From assembly GCF_009914755.1 (NCBI RefSeq), contig NC_060933.1: DNA of 64,000 nt; one strand, given 5' to 3'. This document shows, piece by piece, positions 16,493-29,773 of the stretch (its first letter is position 1; each line of letters opens with the position of its first letter). A program made the position numbers and the translations under genes. The stretch is from the human T2T-CHM13v2.0 reference genome, Homo sapiens. The notes beneath the pieces were generated by a model. It ran no database searches. It was not told where the DNA came from and saw nothing but the letters and a program-made list of their open reading frames with translations.

Positions 16493-19400
16493 CCCTCTTT
16501 ACCCCTCAGTTGTCCTCTTCCTCAGAGTGACTGTTCTAAAAAGTAATTTTAACCACGATAAACCCACACACACACCCCCTAAAATTCATCGACATTCCCA
16601 GTATCTACATGAGACCTTCCATGATCTAGTTCCAGGCAACCTTTCCAGGAATATCTCTGGCACCACTCTGGAGATTTCCTACAAAATTAACCATGATTCC
16701 CTGCACATTGCGTGCTGTGTCATGCCTCCATGCTTTTGCATGGGCCGTGCCCTCTGCCTGGAACACCTTCAGCCCTCTATTCTACTCCTACCTAATGAAC
16801 TCTTTCCATACCCAGATCTAATTTTCCTTCCTCTGCAAGCCCACTGCCAAACTATGCAAAAGTCACAACTCGCTGTGGTTCTGTAGCACCTTATGCATAT
16901 TACTCAAGACAAATATACTATGTGCTGGGTGCTAAAGTAAAAATTTTAAGTGGCTTATTTATTGATTCACATAGCAATTCGTCATCTGAATGTAGCTCTC
17001 CCTCACCAGACTGCACGTTTCTTCACAGCAGAGATGTGGCCTTTCATTTTCACATTCTCGGCGTCTAGTACAGAACCTAACCCAGACCAGAAGTCAGTGC
17101 CAGTGTGAGAAATATTGAGAGATTCTGTGAAGCAACAGTAAAGAGTGGTAATTCTGAATATCCACAACACGTGACAGTCTTCTCATTTCCATGTCTAATG
17201 GCTTCCAGGAGATGCCCTGACATCCCCTTTAGTGAGGTGTTTCACTCACTCACAACACTGCCAGGAAATATTTCCTTATAGCTAGTAATAGCTAAACCCT
17301 TAGAGATGCAGTCAAACTTGTTTCAGAAGTGGAGTAGTACAGCAGAAAGAATATGAAGTTTGAAGGCCACACAGCCTGAGGCAAGTGACTTTACTATCCA
17401 AGAGCCTCAGTTTCCCCTGTGTCTAAAATGTAGAAAGAGATGTCTCATATGGTTGTAGTGCAGCTTCTGTTCTTAACCACTGTGCCACACTGCTGGCTGC
17501 CCAGGGAAAGTTCCGTTCAATATAGAGAGCTGTCTGAATACTTAAGGGGCAGCGGAATGTAGTAGAAAAACCTGTCTTTGAAATTCAACAGACATGGTTT
17601 CAAACTCTGGCTCTGTCACATAGGCAAGTTACTTGACCTCTCTGAGCTTTAGTAGCTTTATCTGTAAAATGGAAAGAACATCACTGAAAAGTTGTGTGTG
17701 TGTGTTTGTTTTTAGGGATTATATGGAACAAAATCTGCAAAAAGAAAAAAAAGGCTAGCACAGTGTCTGGCACATAGTAGTGAAGGAATCCAAGTAACAC
17801 AAACATCCTCTAACCATTCCAAGATAGAAGGAGATGCCCTTCACCGGAGGCGTGCGTGCGAAGGCCAGCCTGGAAAAATGCTACAAAAGCAACAACGTGG
17901 GTTGGACTGGGTGACCTAGGAGATCTCTCAGAAAGAAATTCACACACAAATCCTCATCAGACTGCATGTCCCAATTTCTGGTTCTGCAATCTGCTCCTTG
18001 TGACTTGAGGTACACTCTTGTATCTGTTCATGATGCAAATACCATAAAGTATGGCATTTCATTTCAGAAAGCAGCTGCTACCTGACCTAAAGGAAGCATT
18101 CCTAATACAGTATTTTTATTATACACAATGTTATGATAATTACTCAATAAGAGCCTTGAGGGTGCAGACCGTGTCATCCATGTCTGTTTCTCCAGTATCT
18201 AGCACAGGGTCTGCGACAGAGAATGTACTCACCAAGTATTTCTGGCTGAACAAGAAAGAGAAAGAGGAACTGGGGAGGGAGATATCTCTCCATAAGGCTT
18301 TTTTTCCAGTGAATCACCCTCCAAGACAAGAAAATATCTTTGCTGTAATAACCTCATGATAATAGAATTTGGTCTGTACTTCATGGCAAGAAGCGTGTTC
18401 ACTCATGGAAATAAAGATTAGTTCCCAGGACTTTCCTTAAGTAATTATGAGGCATCACTAGTACCCCCATTTTACAGAAGAGGAAGTTGAGGCTTAGGGA
18501 GCTTAAGAATTTGCTTAGGGTTCAGGGTAGGTAAGCAGTAGAGCCCCTCCTCAAAGCCTGGCAGTCTGCCTCTAACACTCTGAATGATGCTTCCCGAAGT
18601 AACACTCCTGCAATCCAATCTCCTGTACCGCGGTGCATGAGCAAAGAGAGAGAGAGTTCTTAACCCTCAATGTGAAGGCCAAGATGCCTGTAAAATCCTT
18701 TATTCACATCCCAAGTATCTGTCAAGGGCCTTGTGAAAAAGAAACAGCAATGAAGATGTCACACGCAGCACCCAGCCTCAGCTGCGCAACAATTAAAAGG
18801 TGGAAGTTCAGGCAGATGCAATTCACATACAAAGTTCTGGAAGCACATTCAGAAAAATGAAAGACATTCAGTAATGAAGGGAAGTACTGACAGGGAAAGG
18901 GAAGCTGTCGATTAGTTAAGAAGTCTGTATTAATAACTATCAAGAAGAAATCAAAAGATGTCCCCAAGACCATTTATGAATATTTGCATTATAAGAAATA
19001 CTATAGTTCTACAACTTTCCACAATTCAGCTAAGGGGGACTTTATTGCCTGGTAGAGTAGCTTTCTCCTCAAAGCCCAGAACACGCAGAAGCATGTGACC
19101 ATGTGTTCACTGCAGTGACTCTGGACCTTGCAAAAGTATACAACAGTGTATATACCACAACTCAGTATTTTTCCAGAGACTGGTGTCCCCATGGCCATCC
19201 CATGACAAATTTAGGATTCTTGAGGACAATTATTTCTAACAGAGTGAATTAGATCTGGATTAATAGTGATTTTTTTTAATGAAGGGGGAAAAATATCTAA
19301 CATAAAAAGAATGTAGGCATTTGTTCATTCTGGTTGAATGAGAACATGAGTATTTGTTATATTATCTTTTGTGCTTATGTATGCTTCTAATACTTCATAA

Positions 19401-19937
19401 TTTTAAAAAGAAAGGAATACAACTTGCCTCTGCCCTCACCCGTATCTCTGCACCTTTTCCACTGATCTGCCTGGCAAACCCCACAAACCCAGTCTCAGCC
19501 TCAGGCTCTCTTCTGACCCACTCCTCCTGGGCACACGGACCAACACCAAGCACACCTCAGCAACAGGCAGCCCCGCGCTGAATACTAACAGGCTGTTGGG
19601 ATGATTGTCTCCTCCGAGCTGTGGGGTCCCTAAGAGCAGGCTGTGTCTTTTCATGTTGAACCACCAGAACCCAGCCCACTGCCTGGTAGAGAAGCATGCT
19701 GACACATGGACGGGTGGGTTCTGACATCCTACTGTACCTTGACTCTTCTCCTACTTACCAGCTGGGTGACCCTGGGTCAATTATTTCTTAAAACCTCAGC
19801 TTCCCATGTGTTAGACTGGAATGATAATAATGCCCTGAGAGGGCTGCTATGGGCTTAGTAATAATTTTTAGATAAAACATCCAAATGGTGCCTGGCACAT
19901 GGAAGCTGTTCAATACACACAGGGGCTGAATTCTGAC

Positions 19938-20060
19938 CAATCTCGTAGCTTCTTTGCTGATCACTGTCCATTTCCTTGTCTCTCCAGACAGAAGATGTGG
20001 TTTTAATTCCTTTCTGCTCTCCTGGGCTGTCCTGGTAGGCTGCTCCCACAGGGGGCTGAG
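19938..20060 (-). CDS. CDK5RAP2: CDK5RAP2 coding exon (~exon 23), 123 nt, symmetric phase 1/1: (A)QPPVGAAYQDSPGEQKGIKTTSSVWRDKEMDSDQQRSYEI
   Basis: Acceptor cctgtAG|CTC, weak donor TTG|GTCAGA; ORF 19855..20070. Confidence 0.93.
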
Positions 20061-20448
20061 CTACAGGCAATCACAAAGAGAAAGAAAAATAAATAAAACC
20101 GTAAGACCTGAAACTTAGCCAAGCAACTGAGAAGAACACAAAGATACAACAGGGAAAATAAAAACACTGGGGAGGCAAAATGCAATTTATAAGATAAAAT
20201 TAATCTATCGAGCTGCCATAACAGGACATAAAAAGCATAAATATACTGCAGCTTGTCTGAAATGGTTTAAGTCCAGGCTCTCAAAAAGCTGAGTGAGAAA
20301 ATGAATTCTATCAATTCGTGCCCATTTTTCCCAAGAAGAGAGAGGCCCTAGGGTCTCCTGGGCAACTGTTTGAGGTAGCACCTGGAGTTGAGGCACTCTG
20401 GTGTCTCAGCAAAAAATAAAAACAGTATTGAGTGCAAATGGCAAGCTA

Positions 20449-20601
<153 letters not shown>

Positions 20602-22357
20602 AAATGGCAAGCTATGGGCAAAGTGCCAGGGCCTCTGTTGAGCTGAGTTACCTTTGCCATAAAATCTTTCCTCCATGAAGGTCCCCACAACCCTGTATTG
20701 ATTTAGTTAACTGCCACCTCCCCAAGCCCACACCAGATGGGGAGTTCTCAGAAGGCAGAGACTGCATCTGATTTATTTCTCTCCTACCCCCAGTGCATGA
20801 GGCTGGAAACATAGCAGGTGCTCAGGGAATGTTCACTGAATGAATGAAAAGATGTCTGGATGATGGTTGAATGGATTAGAAGAAGGTAGATAAGGAGGTG
20901 GTAAGGGAAGAGCAATTCTGCCAAAGGTCTTCTTATCTGGAAACCTCAACTATGGTAAACCCAAAAGAAAACTTAAAATTAAATGGAACATACCTTTGGC
21001 TATGGATCTTCATAAAATCCATACAAGAAGTATCACATACTAGGCTTTGTGAAACAGTAAAGAACATGGACTTTGAAATTAGGCAGGCTGATTCCCACCT
21101 AGCTAGAAAAGTTAGTCACAGTGTGACTGTAGCCAAGTCACTTTATCTCTGAAACTGCTGCCTTAACTATAAGATGGTAGTAATTTCTGTATCTGCCTCA
21201 AAGGACTGTTGAGAGAACCCAATTAGATCATGTACTTAGAGTGTATAGCAAGACTCAGTAAATAATAGGTGCTTGTTTTATTAATACCACAGTATGTCCA
21301 AGACTCCAGAGTCATCTCCAATCCCTGACCCACTCTGGAAATCCTCTAATCTGATGCAACCTCCTGCCCTGGTACTCATTTCCTTCGTTGGCAAGTCCCA
21401 AAGAGCATCAATATCCTCTCTGAACATTCATCTCTCCCCATCACTCTAAGTGAACTTGGGATGACCCCAAGGACACTGCTTCTCCCGCAGCCTTCAAAGT
21501 TGTGGTCATTTCTTTCCCATAGCTCTCATATCATGGGCCCAAAGTGTGTAAGTGTCTTTGCTCCTCGCTGCCACTTCTACATCATTCTCTCTCTTACCTG
21601 AAAATTCCACTTTTGCAGCTCATGCTTCCAGAAGATACCACCAACGACCCCACTTTACTGTAATCATCCATGGTCCCCTGATTCACTGAATCCCTTGAGG
21701 TTCGGTGACAATGTGGCTCCTAACTGCCTTCCTTCTCTACACTGCTTTACGGTATAATTCCTCAGGGCTGTCCATGCTTGCTGTCTCCAATCTCTCTCCT
21801 CCATTCTCTCTCTGCAACCCATGCCAATCACGCTGCACCCACTCCACGGAAACAGCTCCCTTCAAGTACACCAATGACTTCCACATTGTTAAATCCCAAA
21901 GCCAATCCTCAGTCCTTGTCTTACCAGATAGCAATATCTGACACTGCTAATCCCCTCCTTACTCAGCTTCTGGGGAGTCACCCTCTCTTGGATCCCTCCT
22001 ACCTCACTGGCTGGTCTTCTTGGTCCAACCTTTAACCACTAGAGAGCCTCAGTTTCAATTCCTGGACCTGGTTGCTATGGCTCCAAGTCATATAGCTTCA
22101 AATATTACCAAAATATTGCTATTTCCTAACTTTGTATCTCTAATCCAGACCTCTACCCTTGACTCCAGACTCATCTGTCTTTAATTGCCTATCTAATTAT
22201 CTCCACCGGAATGGTCAACAGGCATCTCGAGTATGTCCAAACCAGACCCCTAATGTCTCCCTCATGCTTGCCTCTCATGCAGTCTTCAGTCTTTCTCATC
22301 TCAGTGAATGACAACTCCATCCTTCCAAAGGTTCATATCCAAAGTGATCCTTTAAAG

Positions 22358-22855
22358 CAGAGGTTGGACTACCTTTCTTAAAGTCAAATAATAAATACTT
22401 TAGGCTTTGCAGGCCATAGAGTCTCTATGGTAACTACTCAATTCTGCCATCAAAGCACAAAAGCAAACAGAGACAATATGCAAACAAATGGGTGTGGCTG
22501 TGTTTCAATAAAATTTTATTTCCAAAAACAGGAAGTGAACTGGATTTGGCCCACAGGCTGTGGTTTGTCAACTCCTACTTTTTTTTTTTGAGATGGAGTT
22601 TCGCTCTTGTGTCTGCTCACTGCAACCTCCACCTCGTGGGTTCAAGCAATTCCCCTGCTTCAGCCTACTGAGGAGCTGGGATTACAGGCACGCGCCACCA
22701 TGCCTGGCTAATTTTGTATTTTTAGTAGAGATGGGGTTTCGCCACGTTGGCCAAGCTGGTCTCGAACTCCTGACCTCAGGTGATCTGCCCGCCTTGGCCT
22801 CCCAAAGTGCTGGGATTACATGTGTGAGACACCGCACTCGGCCTGTCAACTCCCA
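22358..22855. mobile_element. MER58A hAT DNA transposon with an Alu inserted in its terminal repeat
   Basis: Recognisable MER58A body (TTTAGGCTTTGCAGGCCATA...AATGGGTGTGGCTGTGTTTCAATAAAATTTTATT...GGATTTGGCCCAC). Near-perfect 8-bp hAT TSD CTTTAAAG (22350-57) / CTTTAAGG (22856-63). Confidence 0.8.
22579..22843 (-). mobile_element. AluSp/Sq-type with ~30-bp internal deletion
   Basis: GAGTTTCGCTCTTGT diagnostic; the CCCAGGCTGGAGTGCA segment is missing; TSD TGTCAACTCCYAC at 22566-78 and 22844-56. Confidence 0.88.
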
Positions 22856-24212
22856 CTTTAAGGCTTAAGTCAAATCACGACTCTGCTGCTCAAAACCCTC
22901 CAAAAGTTTCCAATCTTACCAAGTAAAAGAGTCCTAGAATGGCCTTTGAGAGCCTGCCTGATCTGCTGCCTCCTGGACCTCATCTTCTACATACAACTCT
23001 CCCTCTTCCTCACTCCACTCCAGTCACACAATTAGCCTCCTTACTATTCATCCATCTTCCCCTGTTCACAGCAGCACCAGGGCCTTTGCCTTCTTCCTTC
23101 TTCCCAAGATGACTAGTGCACTCATTTCCCCTGTCTCCCTTCAAATGCCACTTCACCATGGAGGCTCTCTAGCATTCATGACATAAGCAAATCCTGCCCC
23201 TCCTCCACATTCCCCACACTTGAATCCTGCTTCATTCTTTTCCACGGCATTTATTTTCTCACGTTGTACATATGCTTATCAGCTTTCTGTCTTCGCCCCG
23301 ACCCTACACACACACACAAGAATGTAAGCTAGACAAAGACTTCATCTGCTTTGGTCACTCCTCTCTCCTCAGTGCCTAGAATAGTGCTTGGCACACAGAA
23401 GAAATGAATAAATAAATAAAAGATTACTTTTGTTGTTCTTGTTATGGTGCTGCTGCCATCTGCTCACAGAAGTTCAAAATTAGGAGTCAACATATGCACT
23501 TTTGTGGATCATGAGCCCTGAGAAAATGATGTAAAATGCTACTTATATGCTCAGCTGCATCATTCTGTGGGAGGGCCCTCTGCTTTCTTCAGATTCTCAA
23601 AGGGTTAGTGGTCCAAAATCTCTAAGCACCACTGTCCTAGACTAGAGGACGCCACTAGACACACTTCCTCCAAGTCTCTGGATCCTAACTATTCAGGTAC
23701 ATTTTAACACAGGGGCTGTTGTCTTGCCTCCCAGGAGAGCAGAGCCAGCAGGTTCAAAGAGGGTGGGGAAGTGGGTTACTTCTAGAGGAAGACGCAAGGT
23801 TAGTAAGGTTTGGAATTAGCCCCAAGTTGGCCTGGACATTACAGAGAACCCTGCAAAGTGGACCCTCACTTGCATACCTCTGATGCCACACGCCAGAGGC
23901 ATCCACAGACAAAGCCAAACACAACTGGGGCATCTGCGGACAATCCTTAGTGAAGGCAGCAGTGCCCCCTCAGACCTATGAGCACTGCAAGTTCCCTTTA
24001 TCCAGACTCCAGAATAAAATGAAAGCAATAGATTCATTCTCCTTATTGTGTTCCCTCTGTTGTGCATTTGTCAAGAGTCAAGATTAATCACTGCAATTCA
24101 TGAAATTTATACTCAAACTTATTGCAATTCTAAACAACAAGGTTGACATTTCAAGCAGTTCTATCGAGCCGTTTGTCTAGCTCACAGGGAATACATTTTT
24201 CTTGGTGCTTAC

Positions 24213-24444
24213 CATTCAGCAACGTTTTGTCGGGCGTTGGCCTCCCCTCCATCACTGCTTCAGCCAGAATTAACTTTTGGTGAAGTTGCTTATTACAAGT
24301 TTTAAACTCCTTCAGCTCCCCCTGCAGCTCCAAGATCTGGCTCTGCAGCTGCGTCACCACCTCCTGGGTGGCAGGGAGACGATACATATTTCCTAATGAC
24401 CGGGATGGTTTTATTAGGATTGGCAAGCGGGACTTCTTAGCCTC
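24213..24444 (-). CDS. CDK5RAP2: CDK5RAP2 coding exon (~exon 22), 232 nt, phase 0/1: EAKKSRLPILIKPSRS...PDKTLLN; contains the SxIP-type (SRLP) EB1-binding motif
   Basis: Acceptor gtttcAG|GAG, donor ATG|GTAAGC; ORF 24151..24456. KSRLP in a basic/Ser-rich context is the established EB1 plus-end-tracking site of CDK5RAP2. Confidence 0.95.
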
Positions 24445-24999
24445 CTGAAAACACACATATGCAACAATGAATACACTTTGAACACACTTCCTTTGGTTGC
24501 ACAGTCAACATTCTCATGCCAGCCTTATAAAACGGAATTCGAACTGGCTGCCCAGACTTCTCGTTCCCATAATGGCAGCTATGCTTATCCACCAGCCAAG
24601 GAGCTTGTATCTTGGCAGGTCCCTCCTCTGATCATCAAGAGCCAAGCTTCTCCTCGCCACCCTCCTGGCCCTGGCCTATCGTCTCTCTGGACAATCCAGA
24701 CACTCCATAAATGGCAGTTCTTCTTCCAACCTGATCTTCTGGGAAATGTTATTTTGCTCCTTATCTATTTCCTTGTTTCCCAAACATTCCTCAGTCTAAT
24801 CTGGTCTGGCCTATCAACCCCTGCTAGTCCCCCAGAACCACCCCTTACTTTGGTGGCTACTAAGTTGCCAACCCAGCGGATATTTCCCAGGCTCAGAACT
24901 CCCAGACATCTTCATTTGTAGTGACTTACGGGCACTACAGAGTCAACTGAAAATTCTACTCTTCAGCTCCATCACCCCGTGTCTCCGCTGCAAATCTAC

Positions 25000-25870
25000 G
25001 CCACTTCAACAATCTCTGTCTTGGTGAATCACATGACTATCCATTTACTACACAATCTAGAACCATGGCAATGATTTTTAAGTTTCCCTTTATTCTTGCC
25101 ACCCACTTTCACTACTCATCAGGGTCCATTAATTATAACTCCCAGGCTGTCTCTCCATTCTTTCAACTCTTCTCATCCTCCACTGCTACCACTCAACTCC
25201 AAGATGCTGTTAGTTCTCACCTAAGTCATGGCAACAGTCTCCTGGGTGGTCTCCACACATTTACTTTTGCCCTCTCTAAGCCACTGTCCACGCTACAGCA
25301 AAAAGACAAACCTACTACTCCTCTCTTCTGCCTAAAACTATTTTAATTGCTTTCCAGTTCTATCAAGACAAAGGTCAACATCCATACCACAGCCTACAAA
25401 GTCCTGCAGGACCTACAGCCTGAGTTATACCCCCTTCCACTTCACCCTGCTCTTCAGCAACAATGACCTTGGTTCCTCAAAATGCCTTCCTTCTACCTCA
25501 GGACCTTAGCATATGCCGACTCCTTTGCCCAGAACACTTACTCCTTCCTACTTCCCCGACTAACTCTAAATAGCATTCATTAAAACTCAACTCAAATGGG
25601 CCTTCCTCAGGAAAATGGGACTTGATTTCCAAGACCAAGGCAGGGCTCCCTATTAGACACTCACTGTCCCCTACATATCCCCTCAGAGAACCTTAGTATC
25701 ATTTTAATTAAATGCCTGTGCAATTATCTGTTCCTTGTCTATCTTCTGCACCAACCTGTAAGCTCCAGGGTTAAGAGGCTTTGCATATCTTGGCCATACT
25801 CTCTGTATAGCTTCTAGCATAAGAACTAGTACACAGTAGGTACTCAACAACTATTTGTGGAATGAACATA
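25000..25870 (+). mobile_element. L2 LINE fragment (approximate bounds)
   Basis: CT-rich body ending ...TAGGTACTCAACAACTATTTGTGGAATGAA, the L2 3' end. Confidence 0.55.
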
Positions 25871-25959
25871 TAAACAATAACTTAAGAGGCCAAATGGGGG
25901 TCTCTTCCAACTGGGGAATTTTAAACATTCAAAAGCTGGGAAGAGGGACTTAAATCCAG

Positions 25960-26850
25960 GCTATATTTAAAGAAATACTACGACTCAATAATAAAAACAA
26001 ATAATCCAATTAAAAGATGAGCAAAAACTCTGATAGTCACTTCTCCAAAGGAGATATGTGTATGGCCAATAAGCATGTGAAAAGATGCTCAACATCATTA
26101 GTCACCAAGGAAAATGTAAATCAAATCACAATAAAATACCACTACTTCATACCTATTAGAATGGCTATAATCAAAGGACAACAACAAGTGTTGATGAAGC
26201 GGAGAAATTGGAACCCTCACACACTGCTGGTGAGAATGTAAAGAGGGTACAGGCACTTTAGAAAACAGTCTGGCAGTTCCTCAAAAAGATTAAACATAGA
26301 GTTACCATCTTACCCATCAATTCTACTCCTAGGTATATACTCAAGAGAAATAAAAACATTATCACCCCCAAAATTTGTACATGAATAGCAACATTATTTC
26401 TAATAACCAAAAGTGGAAACAGCTCAAATGTGCATCAACTAATGAATGTGGCATATCCACATGGATATACTATGGAATACTGTTTGGCAATAAAAATAAA
26501 TGAAGTACTGATACATGCTACAACGTGAATGAACCTCAAAAACAGTATGCTAAGTGGAAGAAGCCAGTCACCAAAAACCACATATGACATGATTCCATTT
26601 ATATGAAATAATCCAGAATAGGCAAATTGAAAGAGACACAAAGTAGATTCGTGGTTGCCTAGGGCTGGGGTGGGCAAGTTCAGGGGAAATGGGAAATGAC
26701 TGTTAATGAGTACAAGGTTTCTTTTGGGATGATGAAAATGTTTAAAATTGTTGTCCAACTCTGTGAATAGACTAAAAAAAAACCCACTGAATTGTATACC
26801 TTAAAGGGATGCACTGTATGACATGTGAATTAAATCTCAATAAGGCTGTG
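25960..26850 (+). mobile_element. L1M (L1MB-like) ORF2 3' end and 3'UTR
   Basis: ORF 26017..26241 resembles the L1 ORF2 C-terminus (HFSK.D..MANKH.KRCSTSL); 3'UTR GATTCCATTTATATGAAAT...ATCTCAATAA. Confidence 0.8.
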
Positions 26851-28167
26851 TTTTTTTTAAAGTTTTTAAATAGCAGAGGAGAAGGAACCCAAGAGGAAAA
26901 CAGAAAATATTTGGGACCCAAGAAATGAGATCACTGAGGTCTCTTAAGAAGGAAAGAAGAGTAAGGGCCCCTTCTTGAACATTCTAGGATATAAAATGCT
27001 TTCAAGCACACTTTCCCATAATCCAGAAGTAAACTCTGCATTCCCAGAACTCACAGGATAAGAGACATTATCATTCTTACTTTCCAGATGAAGAACCGAG
27101 ATGTCAAACAACTAGTCCAATGTCACAGTGCAAGAAGGTTCAAGAGTCAGACCTCAGACTAGCTCTTCAGGGTCCACTGCTCAGTTCGGAAAAGTGAGAT
27201 GCTTTCTGCTCTGAAATTCCAGGTAAGAGGAGAGAGCAGGTTCAAGGATAAGAACAGTTTGAGGTGGCAAAAGGAGACCACGTGGGAGGAGGTGGATGCC
27301 TCAGCAAAGAGGGCTGGAAAATAACAATCATTTGCTTCGTCCTCAGTCTCCACCAATCTTTATTCCTGGATCCAAATCTGTGTGTCATATGGCAGCAGAA
27401 AACATATCTGCAAGTGCACAAATGCCAAAGCCAATTTCAAGCTGGAAGACTGCCGTCAGTCAACCTAATGCTTGTTCTAAAATAACACCACACAAAATGC
27501 TACCTTATGGACTCTAAACAGAGTCCCACCTACCACATTATTGAAGATGTCACATTGGAATTTCTTCCTTGGGAATGGAAGGGAAACAGGAACTCACACA
27601 GTCTGAGCTCCTACCATGTACAAGGTACTGTACTAGACACTTGCCAAAGGCTCAAAGCAGGTAAGTGGCCAGGCCGGATGCAAACACATGTATATCAGTA
27701 AAGTCCATCCTCTTGTCTGTAACTAAACAATTGAAAGGATACTTGGTCTCCGTGTTTCTATAACTAAACAACTGTAAGGATATCTGGTCTCCTTGTCTCA
27801 CCCTCGGGCTGCAGTGATGTTCCTTTTAACAGGATATCAGAGTATCCTATTAAAAGAGGTAAGCCATAGGATTATCAACTCCTTAACTACCAAAGACCAC
27901 AAAAAATATCATTAAATTTCCTTCTACTTTGCATAGACTGGAGGCCATGGTGGTGATTGGAGGGCTCTTCTCTCCCAGAGAAAGGCAGGTTTATAATATC
28001 CCTGTCTGCATTTAAAACCAGACTTTAGTTTATATCCCTGTCACTCCACTTACCAGCTAAATCACTCTGGACAGTTTTCTGAGCCTTTTAAGAGCCTATA
28101 TTTCTTCATAAGTAAAATGTAGGTAATACCTACCAAATTCATACTCTTGTTGAGAATATTAAATGAG

Positions 28168-28204
28168 ATTATATATATTATATATTATATATATAATATA
28201 TATA
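28168..28204. repeat. (TA)n low-complexity run
   Basis: attatatatattatatattatatatataatatatata. Confidence 0.85.
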
Positions 28205-28553
28205 CAGACAAACAGAGAGTATCTAGCACAATCCCTAATAGATACTAAAAATAATAATAAACAAATACGGTTTCCTTCCTTTTGAAGACATAGCAAGAGG
28301 AATAATTTCAAACTAAAAAAATACATATTTTAATATATTTGGGGAAATTAAGTCCATTCAATTCTCCAGTTTTCCTGAACACAGAATAACATCTCTCACA
28401 CAATGAAAAATTCAAACAAAAAAAACAAACAAACAAAAGACACCTAGTTTTCCTGATATACAGGTACAAATTGAAGGAGCTGGGGCAGATGAGAGCATTT
28501 CTATTATAGCCAAATTGCACAAATTTGCATTTCTAGTACCGTTAATATAATGG

Positions 28554-28556
<3 letters not shown>

Positions 28557-28589
<33 letters not shown>
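28557..28589. repeat. (TC)16 microsatellite
   Basis: Perfect TC run. Confidence 0.95.
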
Positions 28590-28594
<5 letters not shown>

Positions 28595-29773
28595 CTACTG
28601 ATATCTTTAGAAAACTCTTTTCTAGAAATTACAGTTTTGGTGCATAATTTAAAACAATCAAAAGCAATTTTGCTAATGATATATCTAACTCTCTTTTGTA
28701 TGCGCAAAAGCAGTAATTTAGTGGTCAGAAAATAAACTTAATTCTCCATTCTGATGCTATAAAGCAGTGTGTACAGTTGATTTCTCAAATACAAAACACC
28801 CATCAGAAACAAGAATATCAACAGCCTTCACTGAACCACTATTAGAAACACGACCTATTTCCTTCTCTCCCAGAACACATCTCCCTTCTATAGGGATTCT
28901 TGGCCGTGGGGGGGTCAAGCCGTGACCTCAAGAGGATTTTCATAAGGGTCCAATGAAACATTGCCAAAAGAATCTGGTTTTAACAATCTGGCATACTTGA
29001 TAGGATGTGCAGAGCTTAGAGACAGTATCTAAGCTGAAGGAAAATCAACATGCAAACATTCACTCAACAAACCCGGGTTGGAAGGTAGCCTGATCCAGGG
29101 AAAGGGTGTGGCTGTGCAGTCAGGTACAGTGGGAGTCCCAGCTCAGCCCCTTAACCACCGGTTAACAACGGGAACATGGGGTGTGGCTTCCAGATCTTTG
29201 ATGAGTGTTGTCAGGATAAAAGAATATAGATGAAGCCCTCAGAATAATACCTCTCCTACACAAAGTCTGCACAAGATAAAACCTAGGTTCTCATCCCTAC
29301 CCCTAAAGTCAGGTTATGACAATTTGACTGCAACCTGCAAAAGCAAATGTTCATCAATACAATGAAAACTGTATAAATTTTGGGACATCTCCACAATGCA
29401 ACCTTATGTAGCCATTACAAGGAAAGATGTTCCTCATAACATGAAAGAGACAGCTACAGACAGATAGACAGATGTATAAACAAGACCTCACGTGTGTTTT
29501 TTCTAAGGAAAACACATAAATGTCACAATATATAGATAAATTAGATAGGGCTGAGATGGAGGAAGAGAGACAGAGGGAGTGAGGGGAAGGAGAGGCAGGG
29601 GAAGGTCAGTGAGGACATGCAGCTCTGGGTGGAGGCCAGGGTAAGTGCAAGCAGAGGGAGACACTGGACATTCTTGTCATATAAATGGGAAAAAAGTGGT
29701 GAGATTAAAGGTGATTTTTAAAGTTTTTTGTTTGGATAAAGTAAGTACATAATTATTACATGGAAAAACTTAC

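Larger units (their letters stand above)
21690..23420 (+). mobile_element. L2 LINE fragment interrupted by MER58A and Alu (approximate bounds)
   Basis: CT-rich L2 body (CACCAATGACTTCCACATTG..., CCAGACCTCT..., AATGTAAGCT...CAGTGCCTAGAATAGTG) ending in ATGAATAAATAAA. Confidence 0.6.

Noticed and set aside
17848-17861. GGCGTGCGTGCG as a tandem AhR response element
   Set aside because: Only the 5-bp core repeats, without the full TNGCGTG consensus; this is expected by chance in 64 kb.
24442-24447. CAG GAG tandem acceptor at the SRLP exon
   Set aside because: GAG is the weakest NAG and is rarely used as a distal acceptor; there is no other support.
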